From positions 1 to 32,000 of the forward strand of contig NBVN01000005.1 of assembly GCA_003056265.1 (NCBI GenBank): a stretch of 32,000 nt of DNA, given 5' to 3'. This stretch comes from Zestosphaera tikiterensis (GTDB lineage Archaea > Thermoproteota > Thermoprotei_A > Sulfolobales > NBVN01). Shown piece by piece: positions 25,227 to 32,000 of the stretch. Made by a program: the position numbers and the translations under genes. The notes under the pieces are model-generated. The model was not told the DNA's origin. It worked only from the letters and a program-made list of their open reading frames with translations, and ran no database searches. How positions within the stretch are numbered: the first letter of the stretch is position 1; each line of letters begins with the position of its first letter.

Positions 25227-26477
25227 TTGCTTAAATTACTCGCTGTTGCCAATCCTTTCCCATGGAGTGGGGGTAATTACAGAGCTATGAAGTCTTTAAT
25301 AAATTACCCATCGTTTGGGATTAAACCTTATTTACTCTTACCTTCTGTTGATTATGAGTCTTACGACGTTAACTTTATCTCAACGCTTGTAGCTAAAGGT
25401 GTTGACGTTGTTGGGTGTTTAGGTTATAATCCTAAGGGTGTTATTACTGCGAGAATTCGAGCTTTGCTACACCCCCTCATACCTAAGGTTTTAACTCACG
25501 TAAATCTAAAAGACCTTCCCTCCGATGTTAATGCCGTTCTTTCTTTTCATGAATTTTGGGAGGCCTTGTGGGTTACGCAATTCGTAGCGTCTAAGATGGG
25601 GAAGCCGTCAATAGCTGTTTTACAGCTTCCCCCGTTTTACGCTTCTAAGAATAGATTGAGGGCATTACGTCAAGCAATTAAAATCTACTATAACAGCTTA
25701 TACGGTAGCAACAACATTAAGGGAGTCGTAACTCGAACGTACTTAAATGCTTTAAACATGTTGCATAGCCGTAGATCTGCGGGCATCTTAAAGAAATACA
25801 GCTTCATCATCGGTATCAGTAAGGCAATATGTGTGGAGACAGGCCTTAACCCATCGAGCAGAGTTTACTGTATGGATCCCGGTGTTACGTTAGATGATGA
25901 AGACCTTAAATTAATTAACGAAGTTCGCGATAGGTTTAGAGAGAAAAAGAATTACGTGGTTTTTGGTGGTAGGCCCGCTGTAGATAAAGGTATTGCTGAA
26001 GGTCTTCTAGCATTTAAGAAAATCACTGAACGCTTTAATAGCTGTAAACTATATATTACTGGTAAAGTTCGTAGCCGTGTGGTCAACCGACTTCTCAAGT
26101 TTGCTAAAAGACTCAGTATAGAAGATAAGATCGTTTTCGCAGGATTCATCCCTAGAAAGGAGCGATTTAGGATTGTTAGAGAAGCTAAGCTCGTACTCTA
26201 CCCAAGCCACGTAGATGGTTTTCCATACGCTATCGCTGAAAGCTTACTTCTAAATACACCAGTCGTTGCCTATGATATCCCCGCTATAGATATATATTAC
26301 AGAGGTTTAGAAGGAGTTAAGATTGTTAAAGAGCTTGACGTGAACGCCATGGTGGATGAAGCAATAAATATTCTGTCCAGCAATAAAGTTGAAGTCGAAA
26401 AACCTAAACTTAGATTATGGAACGAGATTATAGAGGAGGAGATAAACCTTATAAAGCATGTCGCAAGTAAGTCTTAG
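25227..26477 (+). CDS. GT4-family glycosyltransferase
   Basis: VVFGGRPAVDKGIAEGLLAF, LYITGK and PSHVDGFPYAIAESLLLNTPVVAYDIPA (EX7E-like) motifs. Confidence 0.8.
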   Translation: MLKLLAVANPFPWSGGNYRAMKSLINYPSFGIKPYLLLPSVDYESYDVNFISTLVAKGVDVVGCLGYNPKGVITARIRALLHPLIPKVLTHVNLKDLPSDVNAVLSFHEFWEALWVTQFVASKMGKPSIAVLQLPPFYASKNRLRALRQAIKIYYNSLYGSNNIKGVVTRTYLNALNMLHSRRSAGILKKYSFIIGISKAICVETGLNPSSRVYCMDPGVTLDDEDLKLINEVRDRFREKKNYVVFGGRPAVDKGIAEGLLAFKKITERFNSCKLYITGKVRSRVVNRLLKFAKRLSIEDKIVFAGFIPRKERFRIVREAKLVLYPSHVDGFPYAIAESLLLNTPVVAYDIPAIDIYYRGLEGVKIVKELDVNAMVDEAINILSSNKVEVEKPKLRLWNEIIEEEINLIKHVASKS

Positions 26478-26555
26478 GGTTGAAGACACAAATGTAGAGT
26501 TATATAAGGAATGTTTAATCCACTTGACCTTAAGGGTTTTAAAGAGTAGTAAAAG

Positions 26556-26780
26556 TTGTACTTATTATTCAGTTTCAGTGATGGACCTTCAATATATGGG
26601 TTTGTGTTGATTTTAGCTGAGGAGCTTGGGGTCGATAGAGCTCTTGTGAGGCCTGCGGCTTTAAATGACGTAAGGCTTATAGCCAGGAGGCCTAAGGATT
26701 CAAGTCTTAACGTATCTAAAGCTGTGGGGGGAGGGTTTAGCATTACCTCCTGTGAGGGCATGTATGAGGGACTTCATTAA
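26556..26780 (+). pseudogene. rmlD: C-terminal fragment of dTDP-4-dehydrorhamnose reductase
   Basis: ...SIYGFVLILAEELGVDRALVRPAALNDVRLIARRPKDSSLNVSKA... matches the conserved RmlD C-terminus (KRPxxSxLxxxK). Only about 70 residues remain, and stops (tag taa) lie immediately upstream in frame. Confidence 0.6.
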
Positions 26781-26821
26781 AGCCTACAAAACAATGGTTG
26801 AGGATGTGAAGGTGTAGGGAA

Positions 26822-26908
26822 ATGCCTTTCGAATTGTTTAAACGGTTGGATATTCCAGATATAGTTGAAGATGTTAGAGGTTTCTTTAATGACGTGGTCC
26901 TATATTAA
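26822..26908 (+). pseudogene. rmlC: N-terminal fragment resembling dTDP-4-dehydrorhamnose 3,5-epimerase
   Basis: The 28-codon ORF MPFELFKRLDIPDIVEDVRGFFNDVVLY* has the RmlC-like D.RGFF motif at the expected distance from the start, then terminates. Confidence 0.35.
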
Positions 26909-26955
26909 TTGGGAGGGAATGTTTAATAGCTCTGTTCGCGACTTTAAGTCATGAG

Positions 26956-27318
26956 GTGAATAGTGTGGGCCATGTAAGGGAGCTTATAAAGCTGTATCAC
27001 CGTGGTAGGTCTCTGAGCGTTGAAGCGTTGATAGATACAGGTGCTACGACTCTTGTTCTACCCAGGAGGGTGGCAGAGGAGCTCGGTGCTGAGGTGCTGG
27101 GGGAGATGGATGTGGAGCTGGCCGACGGAACGATTAGGAGGGTGCCCTACACAGTTGTAGAGGTCGAGCTAGGCGGCAGGAGGGGTCCTCTTCTCGCCGC
27201 AATAGTTGAAGGTGGAGAGGTATGCGTAGGGGTGGAAGCTTTGGAGAGGCTTGGCCTAGCCGTAGACCCAGCGACAGGGAGAATACACCCAACGAGAAGA
27301 TTTGTAACAAGGCTTTGA
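26956..27318 (+). CDS. Retropepsin-like (clan AA) aspartic protease, paralog 1
   Basis: ALIDTGATTLVLP (DTG active site), ELADGT and VGVEALERLGLAVDPATG. About 120 aa. Very GC-rich relative to its surroundings. Confidence 0.8.
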   Translation: MNSVGHVRELIKLYHRGRSLSVEALIDTGATTLVLPRRVAEELGAEVLGEMDVELADGTIRRVPYTVVEVELGGRRGPLLAAIVEGGEVCVGVEALERLGLAVDPATGRIHPTRRFVTRL

Positions 27319-27880
27319 GGGGATCTCAACTCAGTTGTTAAATGGGGCCCACTTCAGGTGGAGCGGTTCCGATAAGCAGTTAAAGACTAGTAAAGAGGAA
27401 ATGCTTTGAGGAAGTACCGATTCCGGAGGGAGTTAAATCGCTATACTATGTGACGACACCCTCAGCGGTGTAGCTAGTAGAGATGGTAGAGGTGAGGTGC
27501 TGCGCAGGATCTGTATAAAGCTTCTCGAGCGCGACCCAGGCATATTTGAGGTTGCGCTCTTCAGCTCATCGATATATGAGCCGGAACTCTCCAGAGACGT
27601 CGATCCGCTTACGGTCTCCTCGAAGTCGCTTACGGGAGTTCTGCCCCCCTCAGGAACTCCGAGGTAACCAATAGATTTATTTGCTGAGTATACAGCATCA
27701 GTAAGCATCACAACAATTAAAGGACTGAAATAATCATGGAAAAACGCTACAGCCCCCTAAGGGTGAGGAGGAGGTCAGGACATGTGTTCTCTAATGTTAA
27801 CTTAAAATACCATAGCGCTATGCTTTACGTCTTTCCATGGTTGCGGACCAGCATCAAACATTTAAATTCGAGCTTGACTA

Positions 27881-28267
27881 ATGTATTCAGGGTCTGAGTT
27901 AACCATGGGACATACGATGGCTAGGGTGAAGCTATATAATCCATATGACCTATCGAAGCATGCTGAACTGAATCTGCTCGTAGATACTGAAAGCACATAT
28001 ACCTGGGTTGGGCGTGAGGTGTTAGAAAAACTTGAGGTTAGGCCTACGGCTAGATGGAGATTTAGAGCTATTGATGGTAGAATAGTTGAGAGGGATATAG
28101 GTGAAGCTGTTATTGAATGCCTAGGTGAGAAAGCAACTAGAATAGTTGTCTTTGCTGAAAGAAACGACACGGAAGTTCTCGGTGTTGATGCTTTAGAAGG
28201 ACTTAGACTAGAGGTAGACCCGACAACAAGGCAACTTAAAAAGATAGAAGCATTACTAGCTCTATAA
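27881..28267 (+). CDS. Retropepsin-like aspartic protease, paralog 2 (active site DTES)
   Basis: LLVDTESTYTWV, IDGR and LGVDALEGLRLEVDPTTRQL. The likely true start is ATG 27917 (MARVKLYNPYD...). Confidence 0.75.
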   Translation: MYSGSELTMGHTMARVKLYNPYDLSKHAELNLLVDTESTYTWVGREVLEKLEVRPTARWRFRAIDGRIVERDIGEAVIECLGEKATRIVVFAERNDTEVLGVDALEGLRLEVDPTTRQLKKIEALLAL

Positions 28268-28769
28268 ACATCTACAACTTTCTTTCATAGATCCCGGTTT
28301 TTAGCACTCTTCCCCATGTTTCAAACAATTCTCCTTTCATGGAACCCGATAAAGTTGGCATAGAGCCTTTCGTTGAATTGAATAAAGTTAAATGTTTAGA
28401 CTCCTTAGCTGTTTATCCAAGAGTGGTTTTGACTATCATTTATAGTTGCCACCCTCGGATTCATTACGGTCTCTTCAAGCCCATCACTGCAGTTCATCCC
28501 AGATCTCTGAAACCTAGAATCGTTAAATTATCGTTGTAGATAAGGTTTATAAGCTTTAAGACGCTCATAAAAAGGCTGAAGCTATCCTGAAAAACGCCAC
28601 GCCCTCATCGGGGTAAGTCACGAATTAGTTCCCGCCATCAGCCCCTAGAATGTGTGGTTTTCTCATCCCTTACTACGGTTATCTAAACCAACACAACAAT
28701 TATTGAAGTTGCGAAAAGTTTATAAATGTCTACTCCGGCTAAATAGCGAAGCCTAAGACTTAAATACGG

Positions 28770-29159
28770 GTGGTTAATGTGGGTTTTGTATATGTTGACG
28801 TTATTGTTCATGGGGTTGGGATGTCGAGAAGTATTAAGATGCTCGTTGATATCGGCTCTACCTACATAGTTCTTAAGCCGGATGTTATTAAGGAACTTAA
28901 CCTTTACGAAACACCTTATACGGCTGAGGTAACTTTAGCTGATGGGAGGAAGGTTAGAACTAAGCTGTATTTAGCTGAAGTTGAGGTTAAGGGTAGGAAG
29001 GGACCTGCTTTCATAGTTGAGCTAGACACACCAACACCCCTACTAGGAGTTCACGCACTTGAAACCTTAGGCTTTCGAGTCAACCCCGGAACCGGTGAAG
29101 TAGAGGAGATATCACCGGAAGGAGGATACCTACTTAACCAACAAGCCAAAGAAACATAG
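28770..29159 (+). CDS. Retropepsin-like aspartic protease, paralog 3 (active site DIGS)
   Basis: MLVDIGSTYIVLKP, LADGR and LGVHALETLGFRVNPGTGEV. GTG start. Confidence 0.75.
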   Translation: MVNVGFVYVDVIVHGVGMSRSIKMLVDIGSTYIVLKPDVIKELNLYETPYTAEVTLADGRKVRTKLYLAEVEVKGRKGPAFIVELDTPTPLLGVHALETLGFRVNPGTGEVEEISPEGGYLLNQQAKET

Positions 29160-29432
29160 CATATACGTTGAATCCCACCCACGTCTTACGGCTGACCATC
29201 ACCACTTTCAAGAAGTTCTTCATAGATAACTTCAAAACAGTTAACCCCTACGCAGGCAGCTCACATCATGGGTGAGATTCCCTACTAGGTTAACGTAGGG
29301 GTTTAATTGTTGAGAACCTTCTCACGAATACCTACCTATAGAGTTCGTTGAAACCCGCGGTACCTCTATATCCTGTCATTCATGTTTCATTATTTTTATG
29401 TAGTAAGTTATGAATTCTGTATTGTATAGATG

Positions 29433-29665
29433 ATGCGCTTGAGTTACGTAACTGTTTCAGCTAGGATCAGGAGGGAGCCTTACGAAATCTTAGGAGGTAT
29501 GGAGTAGTTATTAGCTATGTTATCATGAAGGTTTTAGAGGAGGAAGTTATGAAGAGGGATAATGAGGAAGTTATGAAGGCGTTAAGGAAGGCTCAGAAGA
29601 TATTAGCGAAGATACCGCCGGAGGAGATAGTTAACGTGATAAGGAGTAGTCGTGAGGAAAGATGA
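29433..29665 (+). pseudogene. vapB: Frameshifted RHH (VapB-like) antitoxin gene
   Basis: Frame 1 reads MRLSYVTVSARIRREP... and stops at 29505-29507. The shifted frame continues ...LRNLRRYGVVISYVIMKVLEEEVMKRDNEEVMKALRKAQKILAKIPPEEIVNVIRSSREER*. Together they form a typical archaeal RHH antitoxin split by a 1-nt frame change. Confidence 0.5.
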
Positions 29666-29694
29666 AGCGAGTTTACGATCCTTCACACTACTAA
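29662..29694 (+). pseudogene. vapC: Stub of a PIN-toxin gene (10 codons)
   Basis: ATGA overlap with the antitoxin stop, reading MKRVYDPSHY*. This resembles the MK.VYLDSS start of VapC proteins but stops after 10 codons. Confidence 0.3.
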
Positions 29695-29936
29695 TACCTA
29701 TAAATATTACAATGCTTACGCTGTACGAGAAGGCTAACCCATTCCCGCCCTGAAGGGTGGGGTTCCTTTAGAAGGTTCATCAGTTTGCATCCTGTTTTTA
29801 AAAGATAAGCTGGACAAGCTTACGAGGGGAGCTATCAGCTTTCGTTGGCTGGTAATCTACCTCAATAAGTAGATCGCTTATGCTTGAAATGCTTATATTA
29901 CTTACTTCGGCATGCTCTATATAGGAGGTATGTAGG

Positions 29937-30212
29937 GTGGTTAAGGTTAAGACTAGCATATACGTGGATAGGGAGTTGTGGGAGAGGTTTAAGAAGTATG
30001 CGTTACGGAGGGGTGTGGAGGTTAGTAAGCTTCTTGAAGATATGGTTAGAGACGAAATGATTGAAGAAATTTTGGATGAGGCGTTGTTGAGTATGGTTGG
30101 TTCGGAGGATTACGAGATAGATTTCAAGCCTATCAAGCCTAGAGAAGGTCTTGTAAGCGAGTTGATTAGAGTTGCGAGGGAAGAAAGAGCTAGCGATATA
30201 CCTAGACAGTAG
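29937..30212 (+). CDS. vapB: Ribbon-helix-helix antitoxin (VapB-like)
   Basis: VKVKTSIYVDRELWERFKKYALRRGVEVSKLLEDMVRDEM is a classic RHH N-terminus. It overlaps the downstream PIN gene. Confidence 0.75.
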   Translation: MVKVKTSIYVDRELWERFKKYALRRGVEVSKLLEDMVRDEMIEEILDEALLSMVGSEDYEIDFKPIKPREGLVSELIRVAREERASDIPRQ

Positions 30213-30642
30213 TGCTAGTGCTATAGTGAAGAGGTATATTGAAGAACCGGGAAGTAATGTTGTAAGAGAGCTCCATTTAAAAGCATACTCTAGGGAGGTC
30301 TTCCTATCATCCAGCATATGGAATGTTGGGGAGGTTTTAGGAGCGTTTGATAGAGCTAAAGTCATCGGTAGAATGTATGAGGAAACATACATCACAGTCA
30401 GGAGGAGATTCCTGTTAGAGACTAGAAGGATGGCGAGGCTGAGATCCCTGCGGGTAGTCCCGTTGAGGATGGGGATCCTAGTGGAGGGCTGGAAGCTCAT
30501 AGAGAAGTATCACATCTACGAAGCCGACGCTATACAACTAGCTTCAGCAAAATACGTGAACGCTTCACAGTTTCTAACAGGGGATAAGCAACTTCATGAA
30601 GTAGCCACAGAAGAGAAGCTAAATAGCATGTATTTAGGATAG
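30172..30642 (+). CDS. vapC: PIN-domain ribonuclease toxin
   Basis: IYLDSSA (Asp1), conserved acidic residues at GEVLGAF, YEADAIQLASA and TGDKQL. TTG start overlapping vapB. Confidence 0.8.
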   Translation: MRGKKELAIYLDSSASAIVKRYIEEPGSNVVRELHLKAYSREVFLSSSIWNVGEVLGAFDRAKVIGRMYEETYITVRRRFLLETRRMARLRSLRVVPLRMGILVEGWKLIEKYHIYEADAIQLASAKYVNASQFLTGDKQLHEVATEEKLNSMYLG

Positions 30643-30819
30643 GAAATTAAATATTCAATTAAAGATTAGTAGCTAACCACACATTTACTTCACGCACACA
30701 AAACCGCATATAGCGAACGCATAGACGTTCGTAAGCATGATTTATTGGGCTGTAACCTATTTGATGTTCGGAGATATAGCTTATAAGCATTTTCACTACT
30801 AATAGTATGTTGGGAGTCC

Positions 30820-31066
30820 GCTTAGGCGATGGGAGCAATGCTCCAAGCCTAAGCAAAAACTTAAACATAGATGGGAGGGTCGTGCCGTTACCCTCGACAG
30901 CCGCCCATGAACCTACGGGATGAGGTAAGCAAGCCCTCTAGGTGGAGGCGGAACTCCCTAGATAAGACCACGAAAACATATGAAATGACTGAAATGAACA
31001 TCTAGGGAGAAACGGTAGTAACGTGTTTAACAAGGTAGTGGAGGCACTCTCTAAGAATGCTTAGAT
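30820..31066 (+). ncRNA. Unclassified structured RNA candidate, copy 2 (about 247 nt)
   Basis: Positions 30821-30851 match 4621-4651 at 30 of 31 nt, and 30865-30913 are identical to 4662-4710 (49 nt). The 3' half is divergent, but helices are kept by compensatory changes (30954-30963/31000-31009 versus 4747-4756/4793-4802). Both copies end in the shared gcttagat. Confidence 0.5.
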
Positions 31067-31095
31067 AGGTATCAACGCTATTTACCTCTAACTAA

Positions 31096-31587
31096 TTAGC
31101 TCTTCAGAGCTTTAACGAATTCGTTAAAACTTTGAGACTTTGCTATAGCATGATCTACGTCTATGACTCTAGCTATGTCCCTATAAGGCTTCTCAGCTTT
31201 GACGACGATCTTACTGATCCTCTCGCTTAATCTCCTCTCCGGATCCACCACATCTTCAGGGTTTTCCTCGCATAAGCCAGCTAGAATCCATGACTCAATA
31301 GATTTGTTAACTCTTAAAACCCTTACTACAACACCTTTATTCTTCAAATCCATTAAGCCCCTACTCACCTCTTTATCGAACTTCTCCAGCGTGTCTTCCG
31401 CTAATCCATGCGTATCCTTTAGAAGTAATATGTAGTTATAAGTGTCTACTAAAGCCCTAGCCTTCCTAACAGCCTTCTCCACTCTGTTACCTCTTAAAAC
31501 GAAGGCTTTACATTTAACGCTAAGTCTCCTACATACCTCCTCAATAAAGCCAGCATCACTGCTACCTTCAACAAATACGGCTATCAT
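31096..31587 (-). CDS. DUF4276/TOPRIM-like small protein, partner of the upstream ATPase
   Basis: MIAVFVEGSSDAGFIEEV (EG..D TOPRIM-like start), LLLKDTHG and KSIESWILAGL (the E.W.LA motif seen in DUF4276/RloB-like proteins). Its start overlaps the ATPase stop (ATGA-type coupling). Confidence 0.6.
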   Translation of the reverse strand: MIAVFVEGSSDAGFIEEVCRRLSVKCKAFVLRGNRVEKAVRKARALVDTYNYILLLKDTHGLAEDTLEKFDKEVSRGLMDLKNKGVVVRVLRVNKSIESWILAGLCEENPEDVVDPERRLSERISKIVVKAEKPYRDIARVIDVDHAIAKSQSFNEFVKALKS

Positions 31588-32000
31588 TCCACATCACCAA
31601 AGAATCTCGAGTACCACGCTTCACCGAGGGTACCGCCTTCCTTAAGGAACTTCCTCACAACCTCGGCTTCACTTCCCTCAATTAACTTCTTAACCTTAGT
31701 TTCCGACCCCACCTTACCCACAATAAAAACCTCCTCAGGATTGACGTAGTCGAGTAGATGTGGTGATTGCGTAGTAAATATTACTTGGGAGGGGGCCTTC
31801 CTCGCTAAATCTACAAGAGCTTCAAGTAGGTTTGGATGCACGTGGTTTTCAGGCTCTTCAACAGCTACAACATTGAACCCTGCGTTAAGTATGAAAGCTA
31901 TTGCTAAAAGCCTTATAGTCCCGTCGGATATGCCCCCAGGCCTAAGGGGTAGGGTGAGGTCTCTAGACTTAAGCCATACCTCAACAACGTTACCCTCTAT
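31584..32000 (-). CDS. ABC/AAA_21-like ATPase, C-terminal part (gene continues beyond the right edge)
   Basis: The reverse complement is open from position 32000: ...GGISDGTIRLLAIAFILNAGFNVVAVEEPENHVHPNLLEALVDLARKAPSQVIFTTQSPHLL... This gives an ABC signature-like SDGT, Walker B VAVEEPE, the H-loop and TTQSP. Confidence 0.75.
   Translation of the reverse strand: MEGNVVEVWLKSRDLTLPLRPGGISDGTIRLLAIAFILNAGFNVVAVEEPENHVHPNLLEALVDLARKAPSQVIFTTQSPHLLDYVNPEEVFIVGKVGSETKVKKLIEGSEAEVVRKFLKEGGTLGEAWYSRFFGDVE

Noticed and set aside
26474-26761. Minus-strand 95-aa ORF opposite the rmlD fragment, and 27147..27329(-) and 27862..28170(-) opposite the protease genes
   Set aside because: The plus-strand frames carry recognisable RmlD and retropepsin motifs. 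The antisense translations are low complexity.
28339-28539. 66-aa ORF between protease paralogs 2 and 3
   Set aside because: No motif, an unusual composition and no partner in the other spacers. The minus strand shows only short broken protein-like fragments (e.g. ...FNFIQFNERLYANFIGFHERRIV*). I treat the spacer as decayed DNA rather than a gene.
1-32000. CRISPR arrays, rRNA genes, IS transposases and integrases
   Set aside because: I found no regularly spaced direct repeats, no rRNA-like conserved blocks and no DDE, serine or tyrosine recombinase motifs in any listed ORF.

Overview
This window looks like a crenarchaeal (Thermoproteales-like) chromosomal segment; that origin is inferred from gene families, frequent GTG/TTG starts and TATA-like promoters. 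A long, almost entirely plus-strand surface-glycan cluster dominates it. Positions 405-4524 carry a membrane protein, a GT2 and an NAD-epimerase. Positions 5525-21906 carry a GT2, several GT4-like glycosyltransferases and a second large membrane protein. This block also holds a nucleotidyltransferase, two tandem membrane-anchored thymidylate-kinase-like P-loop proteins, an enolase-superfamily racemase and an asparagine-synthetase-like enzyme, and it ends with wecC and wecB.

The cluster is interrupted and followed by accessory, decayed material:
- two toxin-antitoxin pairs (DUF4258/DUF2283 and VapBC), plus a decayed vapBC;
- remnants of an rml (dTDP-rhamnose) operon;
- three retropepsin-like aspartic-protease paralogs;
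- a 1.66-kb stretch free of convincing ORFs, full of palindromes and repeats;
- small AT-rich genes of unknown function;
- a minus-strand ABC-like ATPase plus TOPRIM/DUF4276-like pair at the right edge.

The most interesting signal is a pair of about 246-nt same-strand non-coding paralogs (4617-4862 and 30820-31066). Their helices are kept by fully compensatory substitutions, which argues for an unclassified structured RNA. Each copy sits beside a TA module. Copy 1 appears to have arrived with a cassette that displaced the original 3' end of the epimerase gene.

I found no rRNA, tRNA, CRISPR array, transposase or integrase. All family assignments come from motif recognition by eye and need database confirmation.
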